Shown: positions 38,321 to 47,626, numbered from the stretch's first letter. The stretch is DNA of 64,000 nt from Hahella sp. (GCA_028280065.1 JANQMN010000013.1:44916-108915); one strand, 5' to 3'. Notes: a model not told the origin generated them from the letters alone. Translations and numbers: made by a program.

Positions 38321-38382
38321 AGGTACTTCGCGAGGTCGGACTCACACGGGGGCGCTGAATAGCAGTAAACGCCAATTTTTTT
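38321..38382 (+). other. lambdoid cos-like packaging sequence (candidate)
   Basis: AGGTACT followed 21 nt later by ACG/GGGGCG and then a T-rich tract; the layout resembles lambda cosQ (GGGTCCT) - cosN (TTACG/GGGCGGCG). Confidence 0.35.
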
Positions 38383-38443
38383 CTAGGATTGTTATTGTGC
38401 CCCATACCTCTGTATCAGACTGATTTTAATAGCAATAGTCAAT

Positions 38444-38671
38444 ATGAAGGCAATACATAAAACATCGGCAATTCGGTTGGGGCCTTCCCGGGATTTGAAT
38501 CACTGGGGGGCAGGAAACTGGCAAAAACTCTCTAAAAAAAGATTGCTCCCTAGGGGAGACAGGTTTTTTGAGGAAGCTAACATCAAGATTGATCTAGAAG
38601 TGGTTATGTATGCTCATGAGTCAGTTGAAGTATTGGACAAGCACCTAGCGACTGAGCTGTCAGGCAACTAG
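38444..38671 (+). CDS. dubious or remnant ORF
   Basis: 75-aa ORF in a decayed region; no motif recognised. Confidence 0.25.
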   Translation: MKAIHKTSAIRLGPSRDLNHWGAGNWQKLSKKRLLPRGDRFFEEANIKIDLEVVMYAHESVEVLDKHLATELSGN

Positions 38672-38688
38672 GCGGTAAAATCATTTGA

Positions 38689-38951
38689 ATCCTGTACTTT
38701 CCACTACCAGACCACCCAATAGCAGAAGCAATCGGCATTGATGCGTTATGAAAAATTGCAGAGAGATTCGGTGGTGCTGATATTTATTCTCACACCAGTG
38801 TTTGGAGATCCTGGCGTAACCGGCAGATAGTGGCAATGAAGCGACAAGGATTTATACTGATGCTATTGCCAAGTCAGTGGGGCTTGCAGACAGAACTGTC
38901 AAGCATGTTCTGCAGCGTGACAGAATGGGGATTCCTAGGCGGGCTGCCTAA
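38689..38951 (+). pseudogene. Mor/C-like phage transcription activator pseudogene
   Basis: ILYFPLPDHPIAEAIGIDAL*KIAERFGGADIY...WRNRQIVAMKRQGF/(shift)TDAIAKSVGLADRTVKHVL; in-frame TGA at 38749-38751 and a frameshift near 38853. Confidence 0.7.
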
Positions 38952-39523
38952 TCTCCATCTTCGACAAACAATCGAGAGGCTGCCCTTGTAAAGTCGTAAA
39001 CCTCTCCACCCGAATCATTGTAGCGTAATCCAAGCAGACCCAGCTCTACCAGAGTGTTAAGGTCGTCGCGAATGAACTGCTGTTCTATTATCTCTAGTGG
39101 CTTTCCATTATTGGAAATCAACCGAATTTCAGCCCCGACCATTTCATCAACGAAAATAAAATATTCAATTTTTTCCTGACTCATCCCTTTGAGAATGTTG
39201 TAGGCCTGGTTAGAAATCTCAACAGTTGGCTCCAATGACCTGGCCAAGTCACCAATGTTTGGTAACCGCGATGCAAGGAGAGTGGTTGCAGTAGCCAATG
39301 AATCCAATTGATCATTTAGCTCGCTTCTAGTTTGACTCAGCAACGCTTTAATACTTACTGATGTTTTGTAGTTATCCTTAATAAGTTTACTAAGTTCATA
39401 ATGGTTGTGTTCATTAAGCCAGGTAGTGAACTCTTGTAAATCGGCTGCTTGATCTACTGTCCTTCCCGTCGTATAGGCTGACAACAATGAAACAATAGTG
39501 GTAAATGCCGTAACCCCTTCCAT
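38948..39523 (-). CDS. hypothetical protein (helical N-terminus, possible winged-helix C-terminus)
   Basis: Intact ORF with a GGAGG RBS before the ATG at 39523; C-terminal IRDDLNTLVELGLLGLRYNDSGGEVYDFTRAA resembles a wHTH recognition helix and wing. Confidence 0.75.
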   Translation of the reverse strand: MEGVTAFTTIVSLLSAYTTGRTVDQAADLQEFTTWLNEHNHYELSKLIKDNYKTSVSIKALLSQTRSELNDQLDSLATATTLLASRLPNIGDLARSLEPTVEISNQAYNILKGMSQEKIEYFIFVDEMVGAEIRLISNNGKPLEIIEQQFIRDDLNTLVELGLLGLRYNDSGGEVYDFTRAASRLFVEDGD

Positions 39524-39555
39524 TTGTAGATCCTCCAATACTAATCAGTTATTCA

Positions 39556-40242
39556 TTAATCTATAAAAAACGCCCATACAGCTATTCCTCCTCCCACAAA
39601 ATACAATGTGCGCTCAACCCAATTAAACGCCTTGGTTCGAACGCTGGATCTATAGCGTAGATCTTTGGCAATAAGCCACTTTCGATATAAGTATCGGTAG
39701 TTACTGCGTAGCGAGTTTTGGCTGGTACAGACGCAGTAATAAAAGAAGACCCGGAAGTGCTTCTCGATTTTCTTGGTGGTTATCTGGTCCGGGTGTTTGT
39801 AGACCCTTATTATGATTTCGCTTTCCTGAACTTCGCCCAGGTTAGACCTATAAGGCCCAAGGAGAACTGCCACTTGTCCGGAAGGCCCTTGAGAAAAAGT
39901 AATGTGACATCCTTCTTCCGATCCAAGTAAATATTGCTTACTGTCTTTGCTTTTCTTGTAGACTCCGAGTGCTCTAGGGCCAAAGCTCAGAGTAGTCGAG
40001 TTAATTATTTGAGATGTTTGCAATCCGGAACTTACAAAAACAGAATCATCCTTTTGCTGTACCTTATATAAGTTGCCTAGGGTCTCGCTTGCAAGTTCGT
40101 TACCATCTAAAGCTTTCAGCAAAGAATCGATTCTTTGGTCTAAATTATTCCATTGCTGGCGCCAATCAAGCGCTAAGTTGTCAGCGGCTTGAATTTTTAT
40201 TGCCGCTTCTTTTAGGTGGCTGGATAGAGTTTTCTTAAGCAA
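39556..40242 (-). CDS. hypothetical protein with C-terminal TM helix
   Basis: Intact 228-aa ORF: N-terminal coiled coil, central alpha/beta region, terminal hydrophobic segment TLYFVGGGIAVWAFFID. Confidence 0.75.
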   Translation of the reverse strand: MLKKTLSSHLKEAAIKIQAADNLALDWRQQWNNLDQRIDSLLKALDGNELASETLGNLYKVQQKDDSVFVSSGLQTSQIINSTTLSFGPRALGVYKKSKDSKQYLLGSEEGCHITFSQGPSGQVAVLLGPYRSNLGEVQESEIIIRVYKHPDQITTKKIEKHFRVFFYYCVCTSQNSLRSNYRYLYRKWLIAKDLRYRSSVRTKAFNWVERTLYFVGGGIAVWAFFID

Positions 40243-40284
40243 ATTGATATCCGGCGAAAATGGAAGCTGCTATCAATATATTTG

Positions 40285-40305
40285 TGTCCCCTGGCATGTC
40301 CCCTG
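40285..40305. repeat. tandem TGTCCCCTG direct repeats (integrase arm-site-like)
   Basis: TGTCCCCTG at 40285-40293 and 40297-40305, about 55 nt from the tRNA-Arg 3' end. Confidence 0.5.
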
Positions 40306-40359
40306 AAGATTTTTCGGTATTTTTGGTGGCGAATTGATTTCGTAACCTATTGTTTTTGC

Positions 40360-40436
40360 TGGCGCCCCCGGCACGATTCGAACGTGCGACCTTCCCCTTA
40401 GGAGGGGGACGCTCTATCCAGCTGAGCTACGAGGGC
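40360..40436 (-). tRNA. tRNA-Arg(CCT)
   Basis: Reverse complement GCCCTCGTAGCTCAGCTGGATAGAGCGTCCCCCTCCTAAGGGGAAGGTCGCACGTTCGAATCGTGCCGGGGGCGCCA. Confidence 0.97.
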
Positions 40437-40572
40437 GATTTGAGTTGCGGGGCGGATTATAACCAAAACCAATGAAGGGATAAAAGCGTACATTACTTTG
40501 ATTGAACTTTCCCCGTTCTGTAAAGTCTATTAATCTTTAGAGCTACTCCTTAAAACTTTATTGGAATACTTC

Positions 40573-41535
40573 ATGTTAGATACCCGGCCGATGTTAATGG
40601 TTTCTAGTTTTCCTGCGATTGAGCGTCATCAGCTCGAAACATTGCAGGTGAACCTTGGCTATAAGTGCAACCTATCCTGTACCCACTGTCATGTGGCCGC
40701 GGGGCCGAATCGTAAGGAGATGATGAGTCGGGAGGTGATTGAGGATATTCTGCGTTTCCTCGAAGTGCGTTCCATCGGAACATTGGATCTGACCGGCGGC
40801 GCACCTGAAATGAATCCGTATTTCAAGGAGTTGGTGATTTGCGCGCGGGCTATGGGTGTTAATGTCATAGATCGTTGTAACCTCACCATTTTACTGGAAC
40901 AAGGTTATGAGGGCTTAGGCGAGTTTCTCGCCGAACAGCAGGTGGAAGTTGTAGCTTCATTACCCTGCTATGCGGAGCAAAACGTGGATAAGCAGCGAGG
41001 CAAAGGGGTTTACCAGGAAAGTATTAAAGCATTGCAATTACTAAACAGTCTTGGCTACGGCAAGCCGGATAGCGGATTGGCGTTAAATTTGGTTTATAAC
41101 CCCGGCGGCGCATTTCTACCGCCACCCCAAGAGCCATTGGAAGAAGACTATAAGCGTGAACTATTCGAGAACTACGGCATCGTGTTTAATGCCCTGTTCG
41201 CCTTGACCAATATGCCGATTGCCCGTTTCGGGAGCTTTCTGTTGTCGAAAGGACAGTTCAATGACTATATGGGATTGTTGAAGAATTCCTATTCGGAAAA
41301 CAACTTGCGGAGCGTCATGTGCAAGAGTCTGATATCCGTGGATTGGCAGGGATATGTTTACGATTGTGACTTTAATCAGATGTTGAATATTCCGCTAATC
41401 GCCACGGACAAGCCGAAAACCCACCTGCGGGATTTGTTAGAGACAGACATTCACGGGAATCCCATTGCCGTCGCCGATCATTGCTATGGTTGTACTGCAG
41501 GGCAGGGAAGCAGCTGTGGCGGTGCGCTTGACTAA
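40573..41535 (+). CDS. arsS: arsenosugar-biosynthesis-type radical SAM protein (TIGR04167-like)
   Basis: LQVNLGYKCNLSCTHCHV (CxxxCxxC), DLTGGAPEMNP, DCDFNQML, C-terminal HCYGCTAGQGSSCGGAL. Confidence 0.9.
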   Translation: MLDTRPMLMVSSFPAIERHQLETLQVNLGYKCNLSCTHCHVAAGPNRKEMMSREVIEDILRFLEVRSIGTLDLTGGAPEMNPYFKELVICARAMGVNVIDRCNLTILLEQGYEGLGEFLAEQQVEVVASLPCYAEQNVDKQRGKGVYQESIKALQLLNSLGYGKPDSGLALNLVYNPGGAFLPPPQEPLEEDYKRELFENYGIVFNALFALTNMPIARFGSFLLSKGQFNDYMGLLKNSYSENNLRSVMCKSLISVDWQGYVYDCDFNQMLNIPLIATDKPKTHLRDLLETDIHGNPIAVADHCYGCTAGQGSSCGGALD

Positions 41536-42235
41536 AGCGATTATATCCGTCGTTATTCCTACACTAAATGAAGAGGCGAACATAGCCTCTTTTTTATGTT
41601 CGTTGCAGAAATATCGCGGTCGGGCTGTCGAACTCGTGTTGGTAGATGGCGGTAGTGTCGATGCCACCGTCAGTCTAGCCGAGCCGCTGGTTGACCAGCT
41701 TATACTGGCTGAACCGGGGCGAGCGCGGCAGATGAACGCCGGGGCGGAAAAAGCGTGTGGGGAAGTCCTGTGCTTCTTGCATGCGGATACCATACTGCCT
41801 GATACCTTTCTGGAACACTTGGACGCCTTCAGGATAAGTGCAAGCGTTTGGGGGCGGTTCGATGTTCGTCTCAGTGGCAGCCGTTATATTTTCAAGGTTA
41901 TCGGATTCATGATCAGTTGGAGATCCAGAGTCACCGGGATTGCCAGCGGCGATCAAGCGATTTTCGTGAAGCGGAATACTTTTGACGGGATCGGCGGTTT
42001 TCCCGATATTCCGTTGATGGAAGACATCGGGCTGTCGCAGTTGTTGGTCAAAAAGGACAAGCCTTATTGCATTCGGTCTCCGGTCGTTACTTCCAGCCGT
42101 AGATGGGAGAAACATGGCGTTTGGAAGACTATCCTGCTTATGTGGAAGTTGCGCCTTTTATACTACTTAGGCATCCATCCCGCCAAACTTCATCGACAGT
42201 ATTATGGTTCATCCAGGCTAAAATCCGACGGATAA
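41522..42235 (+). CDS. TIGR04283-family GT2 glycosyltransferase
   Basis: ISVVIPTLNEE, VDGGSVD, GRARQMNAGA, FLHADT, GDQAIF, LMEDI, TSSRRW; start overlaps the arsS 3' end. Confidence 0.9.
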   Translation: MRLTKAIISVVIPTLNEEANIASFLCSLQKYRGRAVELVLVDGGSVDATVSLAEPLVDQLILAEPGRARQMNAGAEKACGEVLCFLHADTILPDTFLEHLDAFRISASVWGRFDVRLSGSRYIFKVIGFMISWRSRVTGIASGDQAIFVKRNTFDGIGGFPDIPLMEDIGLSQLLVKKDKPYCIRSPVVTSSRRWEKHGVWKTILLMWKLRLLYYLGIHPAKLHRQYYGSSRLKSDG

Positions 42236-42240
42236 TATAT

Positions 42241-42879
42241 ATGCGAAGAAAGCCATACTGTTTCATTCAGTTTGCAAAATACCCGCGAACAGGAAGAGTA
42301 AAAACACGGTTAATCCCGGCAATTGGCGAAAGTCAGGCGCTAATGGTACACGAACAGTTGTTCTGGACGACCCTTGAGGTACTTCAAACCGCCGGTGGAA
42401 ACTACCAACTCTGGTGGGATGAATCCTGGAATAGCCGGCTATATTTCCGACACCTGGACGCGGTGCCGGAACAGCATGTTCAGCAGGGAACGAACCTTGG
42501 GCATAGAATGCGTAACGCTTTGTCGAGTGCGCTTACAAAATTCGAGAAAGTCGTTTTAGTCGGAAGCGATTGCCCGGTACTAACCGTTGATTACCTTCAT
42601 GCTGCAGTGGCAGCCCTGGATCACAGCGACGCGATTTTAGGGCCGTCCGACGATGGTGGTTACGTGTTGATCGGTATGCGAAAAACTGTGCACCATATGC
42701 TTGAAGGTATAGCCTGGGGGGAGCCTACCGTTCTCCAGGAAACCTTGGCTGATTTTACCCGGTTAGGGATTTCATCTGACTTGTTGGAACCGTTGTATGA
42801 TGTTGATACTTATGAAGATTTGCAACGCTGGGTAGAGTCTGATACACATGCCCCGAAGATCCGGGTGACCAGCCAATAA
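42241..42879 (+). CDS. TIGR04282-family (DUF2064, CofC-like) transferase
   Basis: FAKYPRTGRVKTRL, QQGTNLGHRM, LVGSDCP, LGPSDDGGYVLIG, DVDTYEDL. Confidence 0.9.
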   Translation: MRRKPYCFIQFAKYPRTGRVKTRLIPAIGESQALMVHEQLFWTTLEVLQTAGGNYQLWWDESWNSRLYFRHLDAVPEQHVQQGTNLGHRMRNALSSALTKFEKVVLVGSDCPVLTVDYLHAAVAALDHSDAILGPSDDGGYVLIGMRKTVHHMLEGIAWGEPTVLQETLADFTRLGISSDLLEPLYDVDTYEDLQRWVESDTHAPKIRVTSQ

Positions 42880-42888
42880 GTGGCATAA

Positions 42889-43656
42889 CTACCACTTTTT
42901 CTTCGAGGCCGCAGAATCAACCCCACTTCCTTGGACCGCCGCTGGCTGAGGCGCCTCCTCTTGAGCGGCCATGGATTCTTCCGGAGACGATCCCGAACGC
43001 TGCAAAGCTTGGATTTTTTCTGATAGTTCCCGGATGTTTTGATTCTTTTCCGGGATTTCCAAACGGGTTTTCTTTAACGCGTCCCGCGCATGTTTGAAGT
43101 GATTGATGGCGTTGCGGATGTCTTTGTTTTCTTCCAGTTTCTTGGCGAAACTCATGTGGCTGTCATATTCCACTTCAAATGTCAGATGTTTCAGGTGCTG
43201 TAGATACTCTTCATACGCAGGTACGGATATTTTACCGCGAATTTTCAGCCGGTTTAGACGTTGACCGATTTCGATTAAGGATGATGTATGGGTGCGCATC
43301 AACGTATCGCTACTCACTGCTTTGTTGCCCTTAGGCGCTAAACTGCCGTCGCGGAGGGCGGAACCTCGGCTTTTCAACTGGTCGAGAAAAACGGCGTATT
43401 CTTCGTTCTTCGGATTAAGTTTGGCGATAACTTGGGCAATGTCAGAGAGCTCATTATTAATCGCGATGGCAACTTCGGGTTGATCATCAACATTCATAAT
43501 AAATTGGAACAGCCCATCGAACTCTTGGTATTTCTGCCTGTGCATGCGGGTTTGCGCTTCCCGATGCACTTGTGCCTGCTGCCTTGAGTAGACAACGCCG
43601 CTGATTACAACTGAGGCTATGATAAAGATGGCTAAAAGCGTGATGAGTATCGTCAT
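42889..43656 (-). CDS. membrane-anchored helical hypothetical protein
   Basis: N-terminal TM followed by an all-alpha region; divergent from topA. Confidence 0.75.
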   Translation of the reverse strand: MTILITLLAIFIIASVVISGVVYSRQQAQVHREAQTRMHRQKYQEFDGLFQFIMNVDDQPEVAIAINNELSDIAQVIAKLNPKNEEYAVFLDQLKSRGSALRDGSLAPKGNKAVSSDTLMRTHTSSLIEIGQRLNRLKIRGKISVPAYEEYLQHLKHLTFEVEYDSHMSFAKKLEENKDIRNAINHFKHARDALKKTRLEIPEKNQNIRELSEKIQALQRSGSSPEESMAAQEEAPQPAAVQGSGVDSAASKKKW

Positions 43657-44078
43657 TAATTTGGCGTGAAAATAAGCTTGCTGAAAATTTATTTTGCCAA
43701 GTATAGGTTTTTCAGCAAAATTTTGTTATTGATTTAAATAAGGTTTGAAAGCGTTTAGCTATTTAGAAGTTCCGGTAGGCCGATAACGGGTAATTTCGCA
43801 TTCCAGCAAGCATCGATCTTGAATAGTTATTAGTTGTCGTCTTGAAACGAGTATTTCATGATGAAAGTAGTGGGTTTCAGAGGGCTTGCAGGCAAATTTT
43901 AATGCATATTAATGATTTTCTGTCTTGTTTGTAGGCTGTCTTGTCGAAGGATCGCTGGAAGCGCCAGGAAAAATGCGCCGCTCAACTTGACCGCGCCAGA
44001 GTCAGCCCCTATATATGTCGCTGTTCGAACCCTTGCGTAAAGGACATATCGATTAATCAGGAGAAGTAAGATTTCCGT

Positions 44079-46697
44079 ATGGCTAAATCACTCGTAATCG
44101 TGGAGTCGCCGGCCAAGGCGAAAACGATCAATAAGTACCTTGGGTCGGATTTTGTCGTTAAGTCCAGCGTTGGACATATTCGTGATCTGCCAACCAGCGG
44201 CAGCGGCGAGACATCCACGCCCAAGCAGCGAGCTGCCGAGGCGGCGCGTATGCGGAAACTGCCTCCCGAAGAGCGCGCCCGGGTAAAGAAGGAAAAAGCC
44301 AAAAACCAGTTGGTGGCGCGGATGGGTGTAGACCCCGGTAACAATTGGGTCGCCCGTTATGAAATATTACCCGGAAAGGAAAAGGTTGTTGAGGAGTTGA
44401 AGCGGCTGGCCAAAAGCGCCGAACAGATATACCTGGCAACGGATTTGGACCGGGAAGGAGAAGCCATCGCCTGGCACCTGAAAGAGGCGATCGGCGGCGA
44501 TGATAACCGCTATAAGCGCGTAGTCTTTAACGAGATCACCAAAAGTGCGATTGCCGAAGCCTTTGAAAGCCCCGGGGATCTGGATTTGAATCGGGTCAAT
44601 GCCCAGCAGGCACGGCGATTTCTGGACCGGGTGGTCGGCTTTATGCTGTCACCGCTGCTATGGGCGAAAATAGCCCGAGGACTTTCTGCCGGGCGCGTAC
44701 AATCCGTGGCTGTACGCCTTATTGTTGAACGCGAACGGGAAATCCGTGCATTTAACCCGGAAGAATATTGGCGAATCGATGCGGATTTAGCCAAGCAAAA
44801 CCAGCAGGCGCGATTTGAAGTGTTGCGCTATCAGGGCAAAAACTTCCGCCCGACCAACAAGCAGGATACCGAGAGTTTTGTTGCAGAATTAAAGCAGCAG
44901 CAGTTTAAGGTAGCTAAACGGGAAGACAAACCCTCTACCACCAAAACCCCAGCGCCATTTATCACCTCAACACTGCAGCAGGCCGCCAGTAACCGTCTCG
45001 GGTTCAGTGTAAAAAAGACCATGACCATGGCGCAGCGTTTGTACGAAGCCGGGTATATCACCTACATGCGTACCGACTCGACCAATTTGTCTGCCGATGC
45101 TGTGGCAGCCTGCCGGGATTTTGTTCAAAACCAATTTGGTGATAAGTACCTTCCCGCCAAGCCGAAGGTGTATTCCAGCAAAGAGGGTGCGCAAGAGGCT
45201 CACGAAGCTATTCGCCCCTCCAACATTGAGATTCGCGCGCAAGATATCAAAGGGTTAGAAAAGGATGCAGAAAAACTATACGACTTGATCTGGAGGCAGT
45301 TTGTCGCCTGTCAGATGGAGAATGCCCAGTTCCTGAGCACAACGGTACAGGTGAATGCCGGAAATTTTGAACTCAGAACCCGTGGCCGCCTTTTGCAGTT
45401 TGACGGCTTTCTGAAGGTTTTGCCGGCATTGGTTAAGAAGGACGATGAAGCGGTATTACCTCCGTTTGAAGCTAATGATATTTTGCAGTTGATCAAACTC
45501 GACCCGTCCCAGCATTTTACCAAGCCGCCGGCGCGCTTCACCGAAGCAACCCTGGTTAAAGAGCTGGAGAAGCGGGGCATCGGCCGGCCGTCTACCTATG
45601 CGTCAATCATTTCGACCATTCAGGATCGCGGTTACGTCAAACTGGCAAACCGGCGTTTTTATTCCGAAAAGATGGGCGATATCGTCACCGACCGCTTAAC
45701 CGAATCCTTTACGGACTTAATGGATTATGGCTTCACCGCACGGATGGAAGAGGAGTTGGATGAAATTGCGTCAGGGTCGGAAGATTGGAAACGAGTGCTG
45801 AACGAATTTTTCCAGGATTTCAGTAAAAAGCTGGAAAAATCCGAAGCCGATGACGGCGGAATGCGCGCCAATCAGGCGGTGGAAACCAATATTTCCTGCC
45901 CGACCTGCGGTCGTCCGATGCAGATCCGTACGGCCAGCACCGGCGTCTTTCTTGGTTGCTCGGGATATGCATTGCCCCCGAAGGAGCGCTGTAAGACGAC
46001 CATTAATCTAGTGCACGGTGACGAGGTTATCAATGCCGACGACGATGAAGGCGAGGCAAACGCACTAAGGGTTAAACATCGTTGTCCGATATGCAGCACG
46101 GCCATGGAAAGTTATTTGATCGACGAACAGCGTAAGCTGCACGTGTGCGGCAATAATCCCGACTGTGAGGGCTACGAAGTCGAGCAGGGCCAGTTCAAGA
46201 TCAAAGGCTATGACGGTCCTACCCTGGATTGCGACAAATGCGGCTCCCAAATGCAGCTCAAAAACGGCCGGTTCGGCAAGTATTTCGGCTGCACCAACGA
46301 AACCTGTAAAAATACCCGTAAACTGCTGAAGAGCGGAGAGCCGGCGCCGCCTAAAATGGAACCGGTAGCCATGCCCGAGTTGGCTTGCTCCAAGGTGGAG
46401 GATACCTTTGTCCTGCGTGACGGGGCATCCGGCTTGTTTTTGGCTGCCAGCAAGTTTCCGAAAAACCGGGAAACCCGAGCACCGCTGGTCAGGGAGTTGT
46501 TACCCCACAAGGATGAAATCGACAGTAAATACCGGTTTTTGATGTCTGCGCCTGCCAGTGACCCTGACGGTAATCCGACAATCGTCCGCTTTAGTCGTAA
46601 AACCAAGCAGCAGTATGTGATGTCGGAAAAAGACGGTAAGGCAAGCGGTTGGTCAGCCTTTTATAAAGATGGGAAATGGCAGGCCAAAGGTAAATAG
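44079..46697 (+). CDS. topA: DNA topoisomerase I
   Basis: [39 protein letters not shown] (catalytic Tyr), [10 protein letters not shown]-terminal Zn ribbons. Confidence 0.99.
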   Translation: MAKSLVIVESPAKAKTINKYLGSDFVVKSSVGHIRDLPTSGSGETSTPKQRAAEAARMRKLPPEERARVKKEKAKNQLVARMGVDPGNNWVARYEILPGKEKVVEELKRLAKSAEQIYLATDLDREGEAIAWHLKEAIGGDDNRYKRVVFNEITKSAIAEAFESPGDLDLNRVNAQQARRFLDRVVGFMLSPLLWAKIARGLSAGRVQSVAVRLIVEREREIRAFNPEEYWRIDADLAKQNQQARFEVLRYQGKNFRPTNKQDTESFVAELKQQQFKVAKREDKPSTTKTPAPFITSTLQQAASNRLGFSVKKTMTMAQRLYEAGYITYMRTDSTNLSADAVAACRDFVQNQFGDKYLPAKPKVYSSKEGAQEAHEAIRPSNIEIRAQDIKGLEKDAEKLYDLIWRQFVACQMENAQFLSTTVQVNAGNFELRTRGRLLQFDGFLKVLPALVKKDDEAVLPPFEANDILQLIKLDPSQHFTKPPARFTEATLVKELEKRGIGRPSTYASIISTIQDRGYVKLANRRFYSEKMGDIVTDRLTESFTDLMDYGFTARMEEELDEIASGSEDWKRVLNEFFQDFSKKLEKSEADDGGMRANQAVETNISCPTCGRPMQIRTASTGVFLGCSGYALPPKERCKTTINLVHGDEVINADDDEGEANALRVKHRCPICSTAMESYLIDEQRKLHVCGNNPDCEGYEVEQGQFKIKGYDGPTLDCDKCGSQMQLKNGRFGKYFGCTNETCKNTRKLLKSGEPAPPKMEPVAMPELACSKVEDTFVLRDGASGLFLAASKFPKNRETRAPLVRELLPHKDEIDSKYRFLMSAPASDPDGNPTIVRFSRKTKQQYVMSEKDGKASGWSAFYKDGKWQAKGK

Positions 46698-46708
46698 CCT
46701 GCTTCACC

Positions 46709-47626
46709 TCAGGATTCCGGATCGCGCTGAATGCCCTTGATTGCCTTGAGCCTGGCTAACAGGCTTGAAGTATCCCAGCGGCCGCCTCCCATTTGTTGAA
46801 TGTCGGCGTAAAACTGATCGACGATGGCAGTAACCGGAAGACTTGTCCCATTGTTGTTTGCTTCCTGCAGGCAGATTCCCAAGTCTTTCCGCATCAAATC
46901 AACCGCAAATCCATGTGCGTATTCGCCCTTAATCATCGTTTTGTGGCGATTCTCCATTTGCCAGGAGTGCGCAGCCCCTTTTGAGATTACATCAATTACC
47001 TGCTGGCGGTTAAGCCCGGCATGTTCGGCAAAATGCAAGGATTCCGCGAAGCCTTGGATAAGGCCCGCAATAGCTATTTGATTCACCATCTTGGTCAGTT
47101 GGCCGCTGCCGGCGCTACCGAGTAGCTGATGGCTCTTGGCGTAAGCATCGAGGATCGGTTCCGCCTTGACGTAGGCTGCATTGTCGCCGCCGCACATGAT
47201 GGTGAGTTGTCCGTTGATGGCGCCTTGTTCGCCTCCCGAAACCGGCGCATCGATAAAGCCGATTTGACGTTCAGCGGCGGCTGCGTGGAGTTGCCTGGCA
47301 ATATCCGCCGAGGCAGTGGTGTGATCGATGATCAGGCTGCCTTGGGTCATTTGGCCGATCAGTCCTTCGTCACCAAGGTAGATTTCCCGCAAGTCCCGGT
47401 CATCTCCAACGCAGCTGATAATGACGTTTTGCTTGGCGGCGTCTTTTAATTTGCGAACATATTTGCCGCTATACTCTTGCAGCCAACGTTCCGATTTGCT
47501 GGTGGTGCGGTTGTACACCGTGACCTGAAACCCCGCCTTGGCCAGATGCCCCGCCATATGAAAGCCCATGACGCCTAGCCCGACAAAGCAAATCCGAAGA
47601 GAAGAAGTGGTATTGGGATTGGTCAT
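46709..47626 (-). CDS. NAD(P)-dependent 3-hydroxyisobutyrate/2-hydroxy-3-oxopropionate reductase family oxidoreductase
   Basis: GLGVMG Rossmann motif, DAPVSGG, GSGQLTKMVNQ, KDLGI. Confidence 0.92.
   Translation of the reverse strand: MTNPNTTSSLRICFVGLGVMGFHMAGHLAKAGFQVTVYNRTTSKSERWLQEYSGKYVRKLKDAAKQNVIISCVGDDRDLREIYLGDEGLIGQMTQGSLIIDHTTASADIARQLHAAAAERQIGFIDAPVSGGEQGAINGQLTIMCGGDNAAYVKAEPILDAYAKSHQLLGSAGSGQLTKMVNQIAIAGLIQGFAESLHFAEHAGLNRQQVIDVISKGAAHSWQMENRHKTMIKGEYAHGFAVDLMRKDLGICLQEANNNGTSLPVTAIVDQFYADIQQMGGGRWDTSSLLARLKAIKGIQRDPES

Larger units (their letters stand above)
35900..40359. mobile_element. decayed phage-derived genomic island at the 3' end of tRNA-Arg(CCT)
   Basis: AT-rich, abuts the tRNA 3' end, and contains a Mor-like pseudogene, a cos-like motif, an IS fragment and orphan genes; the left boundary is approximate and no second att copy was found. 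Confidence 0.6.

Noticed and set aside
35834-40300. Integron gene-cassette array (co-oriented AT-rich orphan genes)
   Set aside because: There are no convincing RYYYAAC...GTTRRRY attC hairpins after the stop codons and no intI; the phage-remnant explanation fits better.
41500-41535. Selenocysteine recoding in ArsS
   Set aside because: The relevant codon is TGT (Cys) and the ORF ends in TAA, with no in-frame TGA.
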